DNA of 56,380 nucleotides, from IMG/VR virus record IMGVR_UViG_3300027708_000088, positions 1 to 56,380 of that record. One strand, 5' to 3'. The notes beneath the pieces are model-generated. The model worked only from the letters and a program-made list of their open reading frames with translations, did not search any database and was not told where the DNA came from. The translations under genes and the position numbers were made by a program. Below, in pieces: positions 8,897-18,300 of this stretch (within the stretch, counting starts at the first letter, position 1; every line of letters starts with the position of its first letter). The stretch is from a virus. Lineage: Duplodnaviria > Caudoviricetes.

Positions 8897-9843
8897 TGAA
8901 CATTGAACTCAAGCAGGTAGTCGCTACCGTTGAGTCCGACATTGAAGAGAGTGAAGAGTTTCCGTATGGCGGTTTCGTCGCGGTGGCTTCCACTCCTTCG
9001 TTGGATCGTGATGGCGACAAGCTGGAGAGCGGCGAGTGGATCACTCCGCTGCCGGATCACATCACGATTGATATTGACCATGAGATGAGTGTGCGTGGCA
9101 CGGTGGGTTCTGCTCGCCCGTATTTCAGCGAGGACGGCCAGTTGATGATTGAGGCCCGTTTCGCTTCTACGGCGCAGGCCCAGGAGACTCGCACGCTGAT
9201 CCGCGAGGGACATGTTCGCACGGTGTCTGTCGCGTTTCTGACTGATAAGTCGAAGAAGTCGGGTGAGCCTCGCCGCGAGCTACTGAATGTGGGCATTGTG
9301 GCGATCCCGTCTAACCGTGACGCCATGATTTTGTCGTCCAAGACGGCGGCAATCAAAGATTGTCAGTGTTGGGATGGTTACGAGCGGGTGCCCGGTACTA
9401 CGCCGTGCGCTCCTGGTTCATGCCGAAAGTGTGACGCCGCTTCTAAGATGGCTGCTCTTGTCACTACTAAGGCCGGCGGCGATGCTTCGCTGATTCAGGC
9501 GATCCATGATGCTGCTTGTCATCTTGGCGCTGGATGTTGCGCTATGGATGATCCTGCTGAGGAAGCCGCTGAGGAAGCCGCCATGAAGTCGGTGGATGCT
9601 AAAGCGATCCCCGGCGATATCACTATTGATGAGTTCAAGGCTGCCTTGGATTCGTTTTTTCAGACCACGCCACCCGATGTGTCACCCGTTGAGTCGCCCG
9701 TTGAAGAGGCCGCTGTAGAGCCTGTTGAGGTTTCTGCACCCGTCTTGGATGCCGCCGATGATGCCGCTGATGCCGTGGCACAGAGGGCACGCCTGATGGC
9801 GATGAGTGTCCTCGCTGATTCTGTTCTCGCCTCTGAGAACTGA
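8896..9843 (+). CDS. Capsid maturation (prohead) protease
   Basis: ASTPSLDRDGD, DHEM (His), VSVAF (Ser), ELLNVGIVAIPSN; acidic C-terminal tail; lies between portal and capsid. Confidence 0.9.
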   Translation: MNIELKQVVATVESDIEESEEFPYGGFVAVASTPSLDRDGDKLESGEWITPLPDHITIDIDHEMSVRGTVGSARPYFSEDGQLMIEARFASTAQAQETRTLIREGHVRTVSVAFLTDKSKKSGEPRRELLNVGIVAIPSNRDAMILSSKTAAIKDCQCWDGYERVPGTTPCAPGSCRKCDAASKMAALVTTKAGGDASLIQAIHDAACHLGAGCCAMDDPAEEAAEEAAMKSVDAKAIPGDITIDEFKAALDSFFQTTPPDVSPVESPVEEAAVEPVEVSAPVLDAADDAADAVAQRARLMAMSVLADSVLASEN

Positions 9844-9881
9844 ATCCTTTTCTAACAACCTAAATAGAAGGAAAAGTTATT

Positions 9882-11333
9882 ATGCCGAATACGGCACAGT
9901 TGACTGCGCGTGGGCGTGAAATCGCGCAGTCCATCAAAGATATTGATGCTCGGGATGATCTCTCGGCGTCACAGAAGTCTGAGGCTCTTGACAAGATTCA
10001 GGGCGAGTGGGATTCGCACATGGTTGAGGTCAAGAATTCGGAGCGTGCCAGCGAGTTGGCCGCGAAGATGGGGCCGACTGGCGACACCCGTGAGATTGAC
10101 GGCGAGGTGATTGAGCTTCCGCAGATGGAGGTTCGGAACCTGGGCCAGATCAAGAAGCAGCTTGCCGCTAGCATGCTGACTCATCCTGAGTACCGCAAGG
10201 CTGTTAAGGCGCTGGATGATTTCAGCAAGCCCAAGAGCCAGTTCGACCTGAACTTCAGTGTCGATGTGAAGGATTCGACTTCCGCTAACAACATTATGGG
10301 TGAGGGTCTGTATGGCACCACCGGCCCGTCTGCTGTTGGTCAGAACCCGTTCCTGACGGGAGCTTTCGGTCCCGGTATCCTGCCGACCTTCCTGCCTGGA
10401 ATTGTGGAGCAGTTGTTCTTCAAGATCGGCATTGCCGATTTGATTTCTTCAATCCCGGTCACCACTCCTGATCTGTCTTACCTGACTGAGTCTGCTGCGG
10501 TGATGAACTCCGGTGCTGTTGCTGAGTCTGCCCTGTACCCGTTCTCCAGTGAGACTTTCTCCAGGGTGTATGAGCAAGTGGGGAAGATCGCGAACGCAGC
10601 GGTTTTGAGCGACGAAGCTATCAAGGACGCACCGCAACTGTTTTCGTTCTTGCAGGGTCGCCTGATTGAGGGCATTCAGCGGCAGGAAGAGGTGCAGATG
10701 CTGGCCGGCTCCGGTTACCCCGGCGTGAACGGTCTGCTTCAGCGGTCGAGCGGTTTCACCAAGCCTCAGACCATCACCGCCGTGTCGAACGTGAAGTTCC
10801 CGGCTACGGGCACTAACGGTGCTGGTGTTGTTCAGGCTAACGTGTCCTCGCTGACTTACGGTCGCAAGATCACTGGCGCTTCGACTGGCGTGTACCCGAC
10901 TGCCACTGCTATCGCTGAAGGCATCTTCGATGCGTTTGTTGATATTCAGTTGTCTGTTTTCAACACTCCTAACGCAATTGTGATGCACCCGAGGGATTTT
11001 GAGATTCTTAGGCTTGCCAAAGATTCCAGCGGTCAGTATCAAGGTGGTTCGTTCTTCGGTCTGGCTTACGGTCAGTCCGCGAACGCCGGCCAGTCTTTGT
11101 GGGGTGTGTCGGTTGTTACCACGCCGGCCGTTCCGCAGGGCACGATCTTGGTGGGCTACTTCGATAGCAGCACCATTCAGGCCGCGCGCCGCGAAGGTAT
11201 CTCCATGCAGATGACCAACTCCAATGGCACCGATTTCGTCAACGGCAACGTGACGATCCGCGCCGAGGAGCGCCTGGGTCTGCTTGTGTACCGTCCCAGC
11301 GCATTTGAGCTAATCCAGTTGGTGAACGGCTAA
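9882..11333 (+). CDS. Major capsid protein (HK97 fold, N-terminal delta domain)
   Basis: Coiled-coil N-terminus; IVMHPRDF..LRLAKDSSGQY, LWGVSVVTT, IRAEERLGLLVYRPSAF. Confidence 0.95.
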   Translation: MPNTAQLTARGREIAQSIKDIDARDDLSASQKSEALDKIQGEWDSHMVEVKNSERASELAAKMGPTGDTREIDGEVIELPQMEVRNLGQIKKQLAASMLTHPEYRKAVKALDDFSKPKSQFDLNFSVDVKDSTSANNIMGEGLYGTTGPSAVGQNPFLTGAFGPGILPTFLPGIVEQLFFKIGIADLISSIPVTTPDLSYLTESAAVMNSGAVAESALYPFSSETFSRVYEQVGKIANAAVLSDEAIKDAPQLFSFLQGRLIEGIQRQEEVQMLAGSGYPGVNGLLQRSSGFTKPQTITAVSNVKFPATGTNGAGVVQANVSSLTYGRKITGASTGVYPTATAIAEGIFDAFVDIQLSVFNTPNAIVMHPRDFEILRLAKDSSGQYQGGSFFGLAYGQSANAGQSLWGVSVVTTPAVPQGTILVGYFDSSTIQAARREGISMQMTNSNGTDFVNGNVTIRAEERLGLLVYRPSAFELIQLVNG

Positions 11334-11356
11334 TAGCCAAAGCCATGAATAAGGTT

Positions 11357-11395
11357 TCGGTCTTGGGGTCGGCGTCACGTCGGCCCCAAGGCTGA
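11357..11395 (+). terminator. Stem-loop after capsid gene (I-shaped terminator or mRNA stabiliser)
   Basis: TCGGTCTTGGGGTCGGCG-TCA-CGTCGGCCCCAAGGCTGA: 18-bp stem fully paired once G-U pairs are allowed on the + strand. Confidence 0.65.
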
Positions 11396-11418
11396 CCCTG
11401 TTGGAAAGGTGGTTCCTA

Positions 11419-11637
11419 GTGACCAACACGGTAACCAATATTAGTGTGATTGATGAGTATCATCAGTCGATCATTCAGCCGCGTGTCTTTGCTCAAGTTT
11501 TTGGTATCGGTGTTACGCCGACGCCGGATGAGGTTGAAGAGGACGTTGTTGAGGATGATGGTGATACGAAGGCGAAGGTTGTTCGCCGGCCCAAAGCTGC
11601 GAAGCCCGAGGGCACTGAGGGTGTCGAAACGAAATGA
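11419..11637 (+). CDS. Small acidic head-region protein
   Basis: GGAAAGG RBS, GTG start, ends GVETK, ATGA overlap with next gene. Confidence 0.65.
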   Translation: MTNTVTNISVIDEYHQSIIQPRVFAQVFGIGVTPTPDEVEEDVVEDDGDTKAKVVRRPKAAKPEGTEGVETK

Positions 11638-12215
11638 CGAGACTCGCTGAGGCATTGGATGTTTTCGTAAACAACAATTACGGTGACGATCAGGTTGAGT
11701 TGGCGCTTGATTGGGCCACGTCTGCGATCCAAGGTTATACGGGTCGCACGTTTGATCTGGTGACTGGTGATGTGGCGGTGCTTGATCCACATGAGGGTAA
11801 AGCGATGCTGCCTAATTTTCCGGTTGTGCAGATCACCAATGTCTCGGCGTGGCTTCCTGCTTCAAACAATTACGGCATGGCGTGGACCGATATCACTAAC
11901 TATGCGTTCGTCCCTGAGACTGGTTTGGTGTACAACACCACTGGCCTTCCCGGCACTAGCTGGCATGCCGGCCCATCATGGCCTTGGCTTCCAGGCTCGC
12001 TGCGGGTCACTTACGATCACGGGTATACGGCTGCACCACAGCCGTTGAGGGACGTGTGCATTCGGTTGGCGCAGCAGTACTTGGACAATCCCACCTTGAC
12101 GATGAATGCCCGTGTGGGTGAGGTCGAGGCGCGTTACAGCGGCTCTTACGGCTTGGTGTTCTCGCATCACGATAAGGCGATCTTGGATCGTTACTGTGAT
12201 GTGGGTGTGTCGTGA
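11634..12215 (+). CDS. Head-to-tail adaptor
   Basis: ATSAIQGYTGRTF, LRVTYDHGY...P..LRDVC motifs; synteny. Confidence 0.8.
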   Translation: MTRLAEALDVFVNNNYGDDQVELALDWATSAIQGYTGRTFDLVTGDVAVLDPHEGKAMLPNFPVVQITNVSAWLPASNNYGMAWTDITNYAFVPETGLVYNTTGLPGTSWHAGPSWPWLPGSLRVTYDHGYTAAPQPLRDVCIRLAQQYLDNPTLTMNARVGEVEARYSGSYGLVFSHHDKAILDRYCDVGVS

Positions 12216-12544
12216 AGCGGGGCGCGGACACTGTCACGTTCCTTAAAGCGGTTCCCACTGGAGATTTTGACCGGCAGGGTAATCCGATCATCGATGAGCA
12301 AGAGTTCGATATGCCGAACTGTTGGGTTCAGCCGATGAGTGTGCATGATCAGGTGAGTCAAACCACTTACAGTGATGCGACTCACCGGGTGATCTCGCCG
12401 CCGGCCGGCGCTGCTTTGGCTTGCGAGGCTGAGGATTTCATCTTGTGGGATAACACTCGTATGCGGGTGGTCGGCGTGAAGGTTCATCGTAATCGCGGCA
12501 TGGTTGATCATGTCACGGTGATTGCGAAGGAGGAGCATGGCTGA
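12212..12544 (+). CDS. Head-to-tail stopper
   Basis: DRQGNP...CWVQP pattern; synteny. Confidence 0.7.
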   Translation: MKRGADTVTFLKAVPTGDFDRQGNPIIDEQEFDMPNCWVQPMSVHDQVSQTTYSDATHRVISPPAGAALACEAEDFILWDNTRMRVVGVKVHRNRGMVDHVTVIAKEEHG

Positions 12545-12981
12545 TGTCTTTGGCTAGTCAGATCGTCTATAACGTGCTGGGTAAAGCTGAGATCGATAAG
12601 GCGATTGCCGCCTCGACGGTGGTGCGTGCTGGCTTGATCGAAAAGGCTAATGAGGTTCAGGACTATTGGGTTAGTTACTGGAATGATTTGCCTCACCCGT
12701 GGTCCCGAGTTCACACGTTGAAGTCGGGGTATGTGGAGGAACCTGGCGACTACGCCAACAGTATCCGTATCTACTATCTGCGTACACGCGGCGGCTTTAT
12801 GAAGGCCCGTGTGTGGGCGCGCGACTACAAGGCGCATTGGATTGAGTACGGTGCCGCTCCTCACATGAGTGGTTGGCCTCCTCCGCATATGGCCGGCGGG
12901 ATGCCCGAGTTCGCTCCACGGCAGCACACCCTAGATCACTTTGGTGGGGGAGGTGACGTAGACGTTGTCTACGCCGATTAG
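12544..12981 (+). CDS. Neck protein (HK97 gp10-like)
   Basis: GDYANSI and DYKAHWIEYG motifs; synteny. Confidence 0.65.
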   Translation: MSLASQIVYNVLGKAEIDKAIAASTVVRAGLIEKANEVQDYWVSYWNDLPHPWSRVHTLKSGYVEEPGDYANSIRIYYLRTRGGFMKARVWARDYKAHWIEYGAAPHMSGWPPPHMAGGMPEFAPRQHTLDHFGGGGDVDVVYAD

Positions 12982-13372
12982 CACCTTGAAAGGTGTGGCC
13001 CCGCATTCGGAAGAGTTCGTCATTGCCTATCTGAAACAGTCATTGACGAATGTTCGCACCGAGATGCCAAACGATCCTCCCTTCCCGTTCTATCTCGTCA
13101 ATCGCTTGTCTGGTGGTGATGACAGAATTTCGGATTATCCGACTCTGTCGGTTCACTGCTTCCACACCTCGCGCCAGTTGGCTTCTGATGCTGCTGACGC
13201 TATGCACGCCAAGATGAAGGCGCTGACCGCAAAGTCGGCTGTCCTAGTTCGCGGCGTCACTGTCGGTGTGGACTACATCGAAGTTGTTGAAACCCCTACC
13301 TGGGTGGACTACAACGATCCCAATATCAAACGCTATGTTGGCCGCTACCAGTTGGGTTTGCGGCTCACCTGA
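12965..13372 (+). CDS. Tail terminator
   Basis: PFYLVNRLSGGDD, RYVGRY motifs; precedes major tail gene. Confidence 0.75.
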   Translation: MSTPISTLKGVAPHSEEFVIAYLKQSLTNVRTEMPNDPPFPFYLVNRLSGGDDRISDYPTLSVHCFHTSRQLASDAADAMHAKMKALTAKSAVLVRGVTVGVDYIEVVETPTWVDYNDPNIKRYVGRYQLGLRLT

Positions 13373-13415
13373 AACACCTTTCTTTTCACAACAACTCAAT
13401 AGAGGATAATTAAAT

Positions 13416-14408
13416 ATGGCAGGACAGATTTGGACTTCGCTCTGGACGGGCGACTCCAACCGACTCCGCAAGTGGCTGTATGGCTCCGTTTTGGTTCGCG
13501 ACTGGAATTCGGACGGCTCTACAAGCCTTGCTTCTTTCACTCCGTTTGATACGGACGGCAACCTCAAGACCACTCTGCTGAGTTCCAGCTTCGCTGGCGG
13601 TCAGTGGTATGAGCTTGGGTCGCTCACTGAGAGTGGCGTGGAGTTCAATCCCAAGTTTGCGACTGAGCAGACCAAAATTTGGCAGTCTCGTCGGGCGCAG
13701 CGTTCGGACATCACCGAGGACGATGAGGAAATCATGTTCTCGCTGGCTGAGTCGAAGCCGATTGCGGATGTTCTTCGGAACAACCTTCCGCTGTCGGGCT
13801 TGACTGCTCCTGGCTCGACAAGCTACGCATCGACTAAGCCGATCACCACTGACATTGTTTACCGTCAGATGGTTGTGATCGGTGTTGATGGTGCGATGAG
13901 CAACGCGGAATATATCGCTGAGGTTCGTCCGCGTGTGGCTTTGCAGAAGGTCGGCAAGCGCACGTTCGCTGCGAAGAGTCTGGATTCTTTGGAATTGACC
14001 TACGAGGTTCATCCTGATCCGGCTTCTGGGTTCGCGTCCAAGACGTTGCGTGGTGGGCCGCTGTGGGTTTCTGGTTCTACTGCTTGGTCTGCAAGCCAGA
14101 CCGCCCCGGTGGTTTCTGCTTTGACTACTGGCGGTAAGGCAACGATCACGCTCGCGGAGCCGGCTTACGGCATCAGCCCGTACACCTATGCGGTCAAGAC
14201 ATCAGCCGATTCGGGTGTCACCTGGGTTAACGCCACGTTGGACACTTCGTTCAACACGGTTGGCTATCAAACCACTACCGGCACTGTCACCATCAAGGTT
14301 ATTGGTGTTGCGGCTGGCGCGAAGCTGGTTCAGGTTTTCGCTACAGGTACGAATGGTTCAACTTCGGTCGCTTCGCTGTCGTCCTCTTCGGCAACTTTCG
14401 TCGCCTAA
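13416..14408 (+). CDS. Major tail (tube) protein with C-terminal Ig/FN3-like extension
   Basis: WYELGSLTESGV motif, strong AGAGGA RBS, synteny. Confidence 0.85.
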   Translation: MAGQIWTSLWTGDSNRLRKWLYGSVLVRDWNSDGSTSLASFTPFDTDGNLKTTLLSSSFAGGQWYELGSLTESGVEFNPKFATEQTKIWQSRRAQRSDITEDDEEIMFSLAESKPIADVLRNNLPLSGLTAPGSTSYASTKPITTDIVYRQMVVIGVDGAMSNAEYIAEVRPRVALQKVGKRTFAAKSLDSLELTYEVHPDPASGFASKTLRGGPLWVSGSTAWSASQTAPVVSALTTGGKATITLAEPAYGISPYTYAVKTSADSGVTWVNATLDTSFNTVGYQTTTGTVTIKVIGVAAGAKLVQVFATGTNGSTSVASLSSSSATFVA

Positions 14409-14424
14409 GAGGAACACGCGGTGT

Positions 14425-14460
14425 TCTCGGCGCAGATCAGATAGTGGGTCTGCGCCGAGA
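14425..14460 (+). terminator. Stem-loop after major tail gene
   Basis: TCTCGGCGCAGA / TCTGCGCCGAGA perfect 12-bp inverted repeat. Confidence 0.65.
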
Positions 14461-14508
14461 TTCACCCGGCATCACTACACAAACACACACACCATATAGG
14501 GGAACATT

Positions 14509-14994
14509 ATGGCTAACAGGGCTGCGCGGCGCGCAAACCAGAAGCGTTTCAAACTTGAAGAATTCCGCGATCAGGCTATTGAAGCTATGTCGCAGGTATC
14601 TTCCATTCTGCTTGAGTGCGAGGACGGTTTCGTTGCGGAGATTCCGCATCCGATGCTTGTCGATGATGACACCCAGGAGCGGATTGAGAAGTTCCAGCGC
14701 GGCGACGGCTTGGATCGCGAACCTGTCATTGATCCCGATACGGGGGATCAGTTGAAGGATACGGCCGGCGAGCCGTTGACCCGTATCAAAGACCCGCATC
14801 AGATCGATGGGGTTATTTGTGATCCGATTTCGACTCGTTCGGCTCGCGCAATCTTGGGCGACGAGGCGCACGTCGAGTTTCTGGCGCATGGCGGTCATTC
14901 CAACGATGTGACGTTGGCGTGGCAGTGGATGGTTGCGGAGCATAAGAAGCAGGTTGAGGCTGACCCAAAAGACGAGAAGCCATTCTTCTCCTAA
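14509..14994 (+). CDS. Tail assembly chaperone (G)
   Basis: Lies between tail tube and tape measure; slippery heptamer near 3' end. Confidence 0.85.
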   Translation: MANRAARRANQKRFKLEEFRDQAIEAMSQVSSILLECEDGFVAEIPHPMLVDDDTQERIEKFQRGDGLDREPVIDPDTGDQLKDTAGEPLTRIKDPHQIDGVICDPISTRSARAILGDEAHVEFLAHGGHSNDVTLAWQWMVAEHKKQVEADPKDEKPFFS

Positions 14995-15368
14995 GAGAGT
15001 TTGCTTGCGCGATTGAGGCCGATCTGCTGTTTCGGGGAATTGATTTGAATGATTGGCACCAAGGTCGGATGTCTTCGCGCCGGCTGCTGGTGTTGGTGTC
15101 TGCGTTGCCGGATGATTCGGCTTTCGCTTCTTCGGTTCGCGATGGGGATTGGTCTGTCGAGGAGTATTTGCGTGCGGCGACAGTGAATGAGTTGCGTTCG
15201 TTGCGTGTCGATCAGGCGTCTTTGCAGGGCCAAAAACTTGAGATGACGTATGTGGAGTCTCCGAGTCAGGTCGCTGATCGCGAAGAGGATGCGGAAGAGA
15301 AGCAGCAGATTCGGGCACAAATTTTGATGCACTTGGGCGTAAGTAACGAGGAGGAAAGCGATGAGTGA
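14509..15368 (+). CDS. Tail assembly chaperone G-T fusion via -1 frameshift
   Basis: -1 frame is open from 14970 (RREAILLLREFACAIEADL...) and continuous with ORF 15045..15368. Confidence 0.85.
14964..14970 (+). promoter_or_regulatory. -1 programmed ribosomal frameshift site C CCA AAA
   Basis: X XXY YYZ heptamer in the correct frame (GAC CCA AAA). Confidence 0.8.
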
Positions 15369-18300
15369 CAAGGGTATCTTTCTAGATATTTTGCCTCGTT
15401 TCGATATGGCCGCTGCGGCGGCGATTGTCACTAAGGTTCAGGCGCTTTTTAAGAAGGCCGGCGTCGAGAGCAGCATGGCTTTCGGTGCGGGTGCTGAGGC
15501 TGGCTTAAAGGGTTTGCAGGCCGAGTTGATTCGGACTGAGAGTGTCGCTTCCGCTTCGTATGCGAAGATGCGGAAGGCTACGGGCGATTATCAGATTGCT
15601 GAGGCTCGTATCAATGAGCTTCGCGCCAAGAACGTCGAGGCCACTTCTGCTCGCATGATTGCGGCGCAAAGACGGTATGAGGCCGCGCTCACTAATGGCA
15701 TGCGGTTGAACAAGGATTATGCTCTCGCCCAGGCCGCTGCCACTGATGCTTCTGCCGCTGTTGCGGCGAAGCAAACCGCTATGGCTGACACGGCTGTTGT
15801 TGCCGGCACTCGCATGAACAATGTCGGGATGATTGCCACGGGCGCGTTGGGTTTGATTGCCGCGAGTTCTGTTGGTGCCGCCGGCAAGTATGAAGCATCG
15901 TTGACGCGAATCAAGGTTGCGACGGGGGAGTCTGCCGATCAGATTAAAGCGTTGGGCGACGGCATGTTGCAGTTGGCCCCGCAGGTCGGCTACAGCGCCC
16001 AGGAGTTGCAGAACGCCGCCTACATCTTGGCGAAGGCAGGGTTCAAGGACGCTAAAGATCAGTTGGTGATCTTGAAGGCTGCCGCACAGTTGGCGAAGGT
16101 TGAAGGCGCAGACCTGAAAGACACAATGGATGGTTTGACCACAACGATGGTTGACTTTCATGTGCCGGCGGGGAAAGCCGCCGATGTGGCTTCGCAGTTG
16201 CAGTTCGCTATCGGCGCTAGCAAGGTTCCGATTGATCAGTTCATGGGTGCGCTGCACAACTTTGAGCCTTTGATGAAGGTCATTGCCGATAAGGGCTTGG
16301 ATGCTTCGACGGCTATCGCTCAGGTGGGTGTGGCGATGGCGCAGATGACTCAGAACGGTACTGGCGCGGATCAGGCTTCGCAGAACCTGCGGAACACACT
16401 GCTGCATCTGATTGATGCGAACGGGCCGCAGCGCAACATGCTTGGAGCGATGGGTTTCAAACCTGACGAGTTGTCGCGCGAGTTGTCTGACCCTAACTTT
16501 GGCATGCTCGGGGTGATGCAGAAGGTTGCGGCTGGTGTCGCGGCTCAGGCTAACGATAGTGGCTTGATCGTGATGGACACGATGTATAAGAACGCTCAGG
16601 CCACTGAGGATTTGAAGGTTAAGTACGATCTTTTGACGGGCGCGTCGAAGGATTATGCCGATCAGTTGAACAACGGTATCAATCCTGGGATGAAGGATTT
16701 GCACGCTCAGAAGGAGCTTGATCCTCTTTTGGCGCAATGGGATTCGGCCCGTAAGAAGGTTGAGGGCTACTCTGACACGCTGAATAAGAACAAAGACATT
16801 GTTCAAACGGTGAGTCAGGTGATGAAGTCAATCACTGGTACTGATCAGGGCATGCTGGTTTTCTCGCAGTTGTTTGGCGACGAAGCGGCTAGCAAGAAGA
16901 CGATGGCTTTGTATGAAGAGGCGAAGAAAGCTCGCGCGGAGGCCAACGGCGATGTCCATGACTTTGGTGACGTAAAAGACACTTATCAGTTTAAGTTGGA
17001 TGCCGCTAAGGGTGCTTGGCATTCTTTGACGGTTGAGATTGGCACTACGTTTCTGCCAGTTGCTAAGAATGCTATGGATGTTCTTGGCGCTATCGCCGGT
17101 TTCCTTGGTAGGCATGAGACTTTGTTGAATGTTGTCATTAAAGCTGTCGAGATTTTGTCGGCACGCTGGGTGCTGATGAAGGCCGCGCTTGTGTTGGACC
17201 CGATCTTTGCTGCTATGGGTGTCGGCTTCGGCAAGGTGTTGAGTGTCGCCAATAAGACATTCAAAGATATTTGGTATAGCTCCGAGATTGCTTATAGCAA
17301 GATGACCACTGCGGCGGTTACGTCTGCGAATGAGTCTGCTGTGGCTGCGGAGGGGTCTGCGACTAAGCAGATGGCTGCCCAGGACAAGGTTGCCGTTAAT
17401 GCTGAGGTTGCTTCTGGCAAGGGCACTGTTGCTGTAGTTGCTGCTGCTGAGAAGCAGGCTGTGGCTCAAGAGACAGTGACGGTGGCGGCGAACACAACGA
17501 ATGTCGCTGTTGGTGCTGGGCGCGCTGAGGCGGCTGCTGTTGGCGCGGTGGGTGTTGAGGCTGCTGCCGCGAAAGAGGTTATTGCGGAGCGCGAGGTTGG
17601 CGCTGCTGCGGTCACGGCTAACGGCGCTCTCGGCGGTCTGTTGGCCGGCGGTAAAGGGCTTGCCGGGTTGGCTGGCTTAATGGTTGTACCGGAGATTCTT
17701 CCCAGTGATGGGAGCAGGGCCGACAACGCTGTCAATATGGCGGCGGGTGCTTCATGGTTGCTTGGCCCAGAGGTTGGTATTCCGGCGACTGCTGCGGCTG
17801 CGCTGATCAATACGCCCGGTGGTGAAACAAACAAGGGCCGTAATGCGGCTCAGGCTACGGGTGGCGGTACGGCGGCGCATGCCGATGGCGGTCCCATTGT
17901 TGGCCCTGGCTCTAAGGGTAAAGATTCTGTTTTGATGTGGGGCGCTCCCGGCGAGCATGTGTGGACCGCTGAGGAAGTTGATGCTGCTGGCGGTCATGCC
18001 GCCATGTATGCGATGCGCGCTGGTGTCCGAGGACAAATTCAGGGCTATGAGGATGGTGGCGCTCCAGGCGGCAGTCCCGGCTACGGAAACATGTCTACGT
18101 TGTCGCAGTGGCTTTCACAGTTCCAAGGAGGCAGGTACAACAACGCTTCGGGTGATGATTGTTCGGGGATTGCCTCGCAGATCATTAACGTGGCGATGGG
18201 TCAGGCTCCGCTTGCGTCGAGGATGACTACGCGGACTGCCGGCCCGTGGCTGGCGGCTCACGGCTTCCGCAACGGTTACAAGGGCGCTGGCGCGATCAAT

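Noticed and set aside
136-16806. Long antisense ORFs (136..900, 7706..8734, 15505..16806 and others)
   Set aside because: They shadow well-supported + strand genes, lack RBS and motifs, and are expected from codon bias
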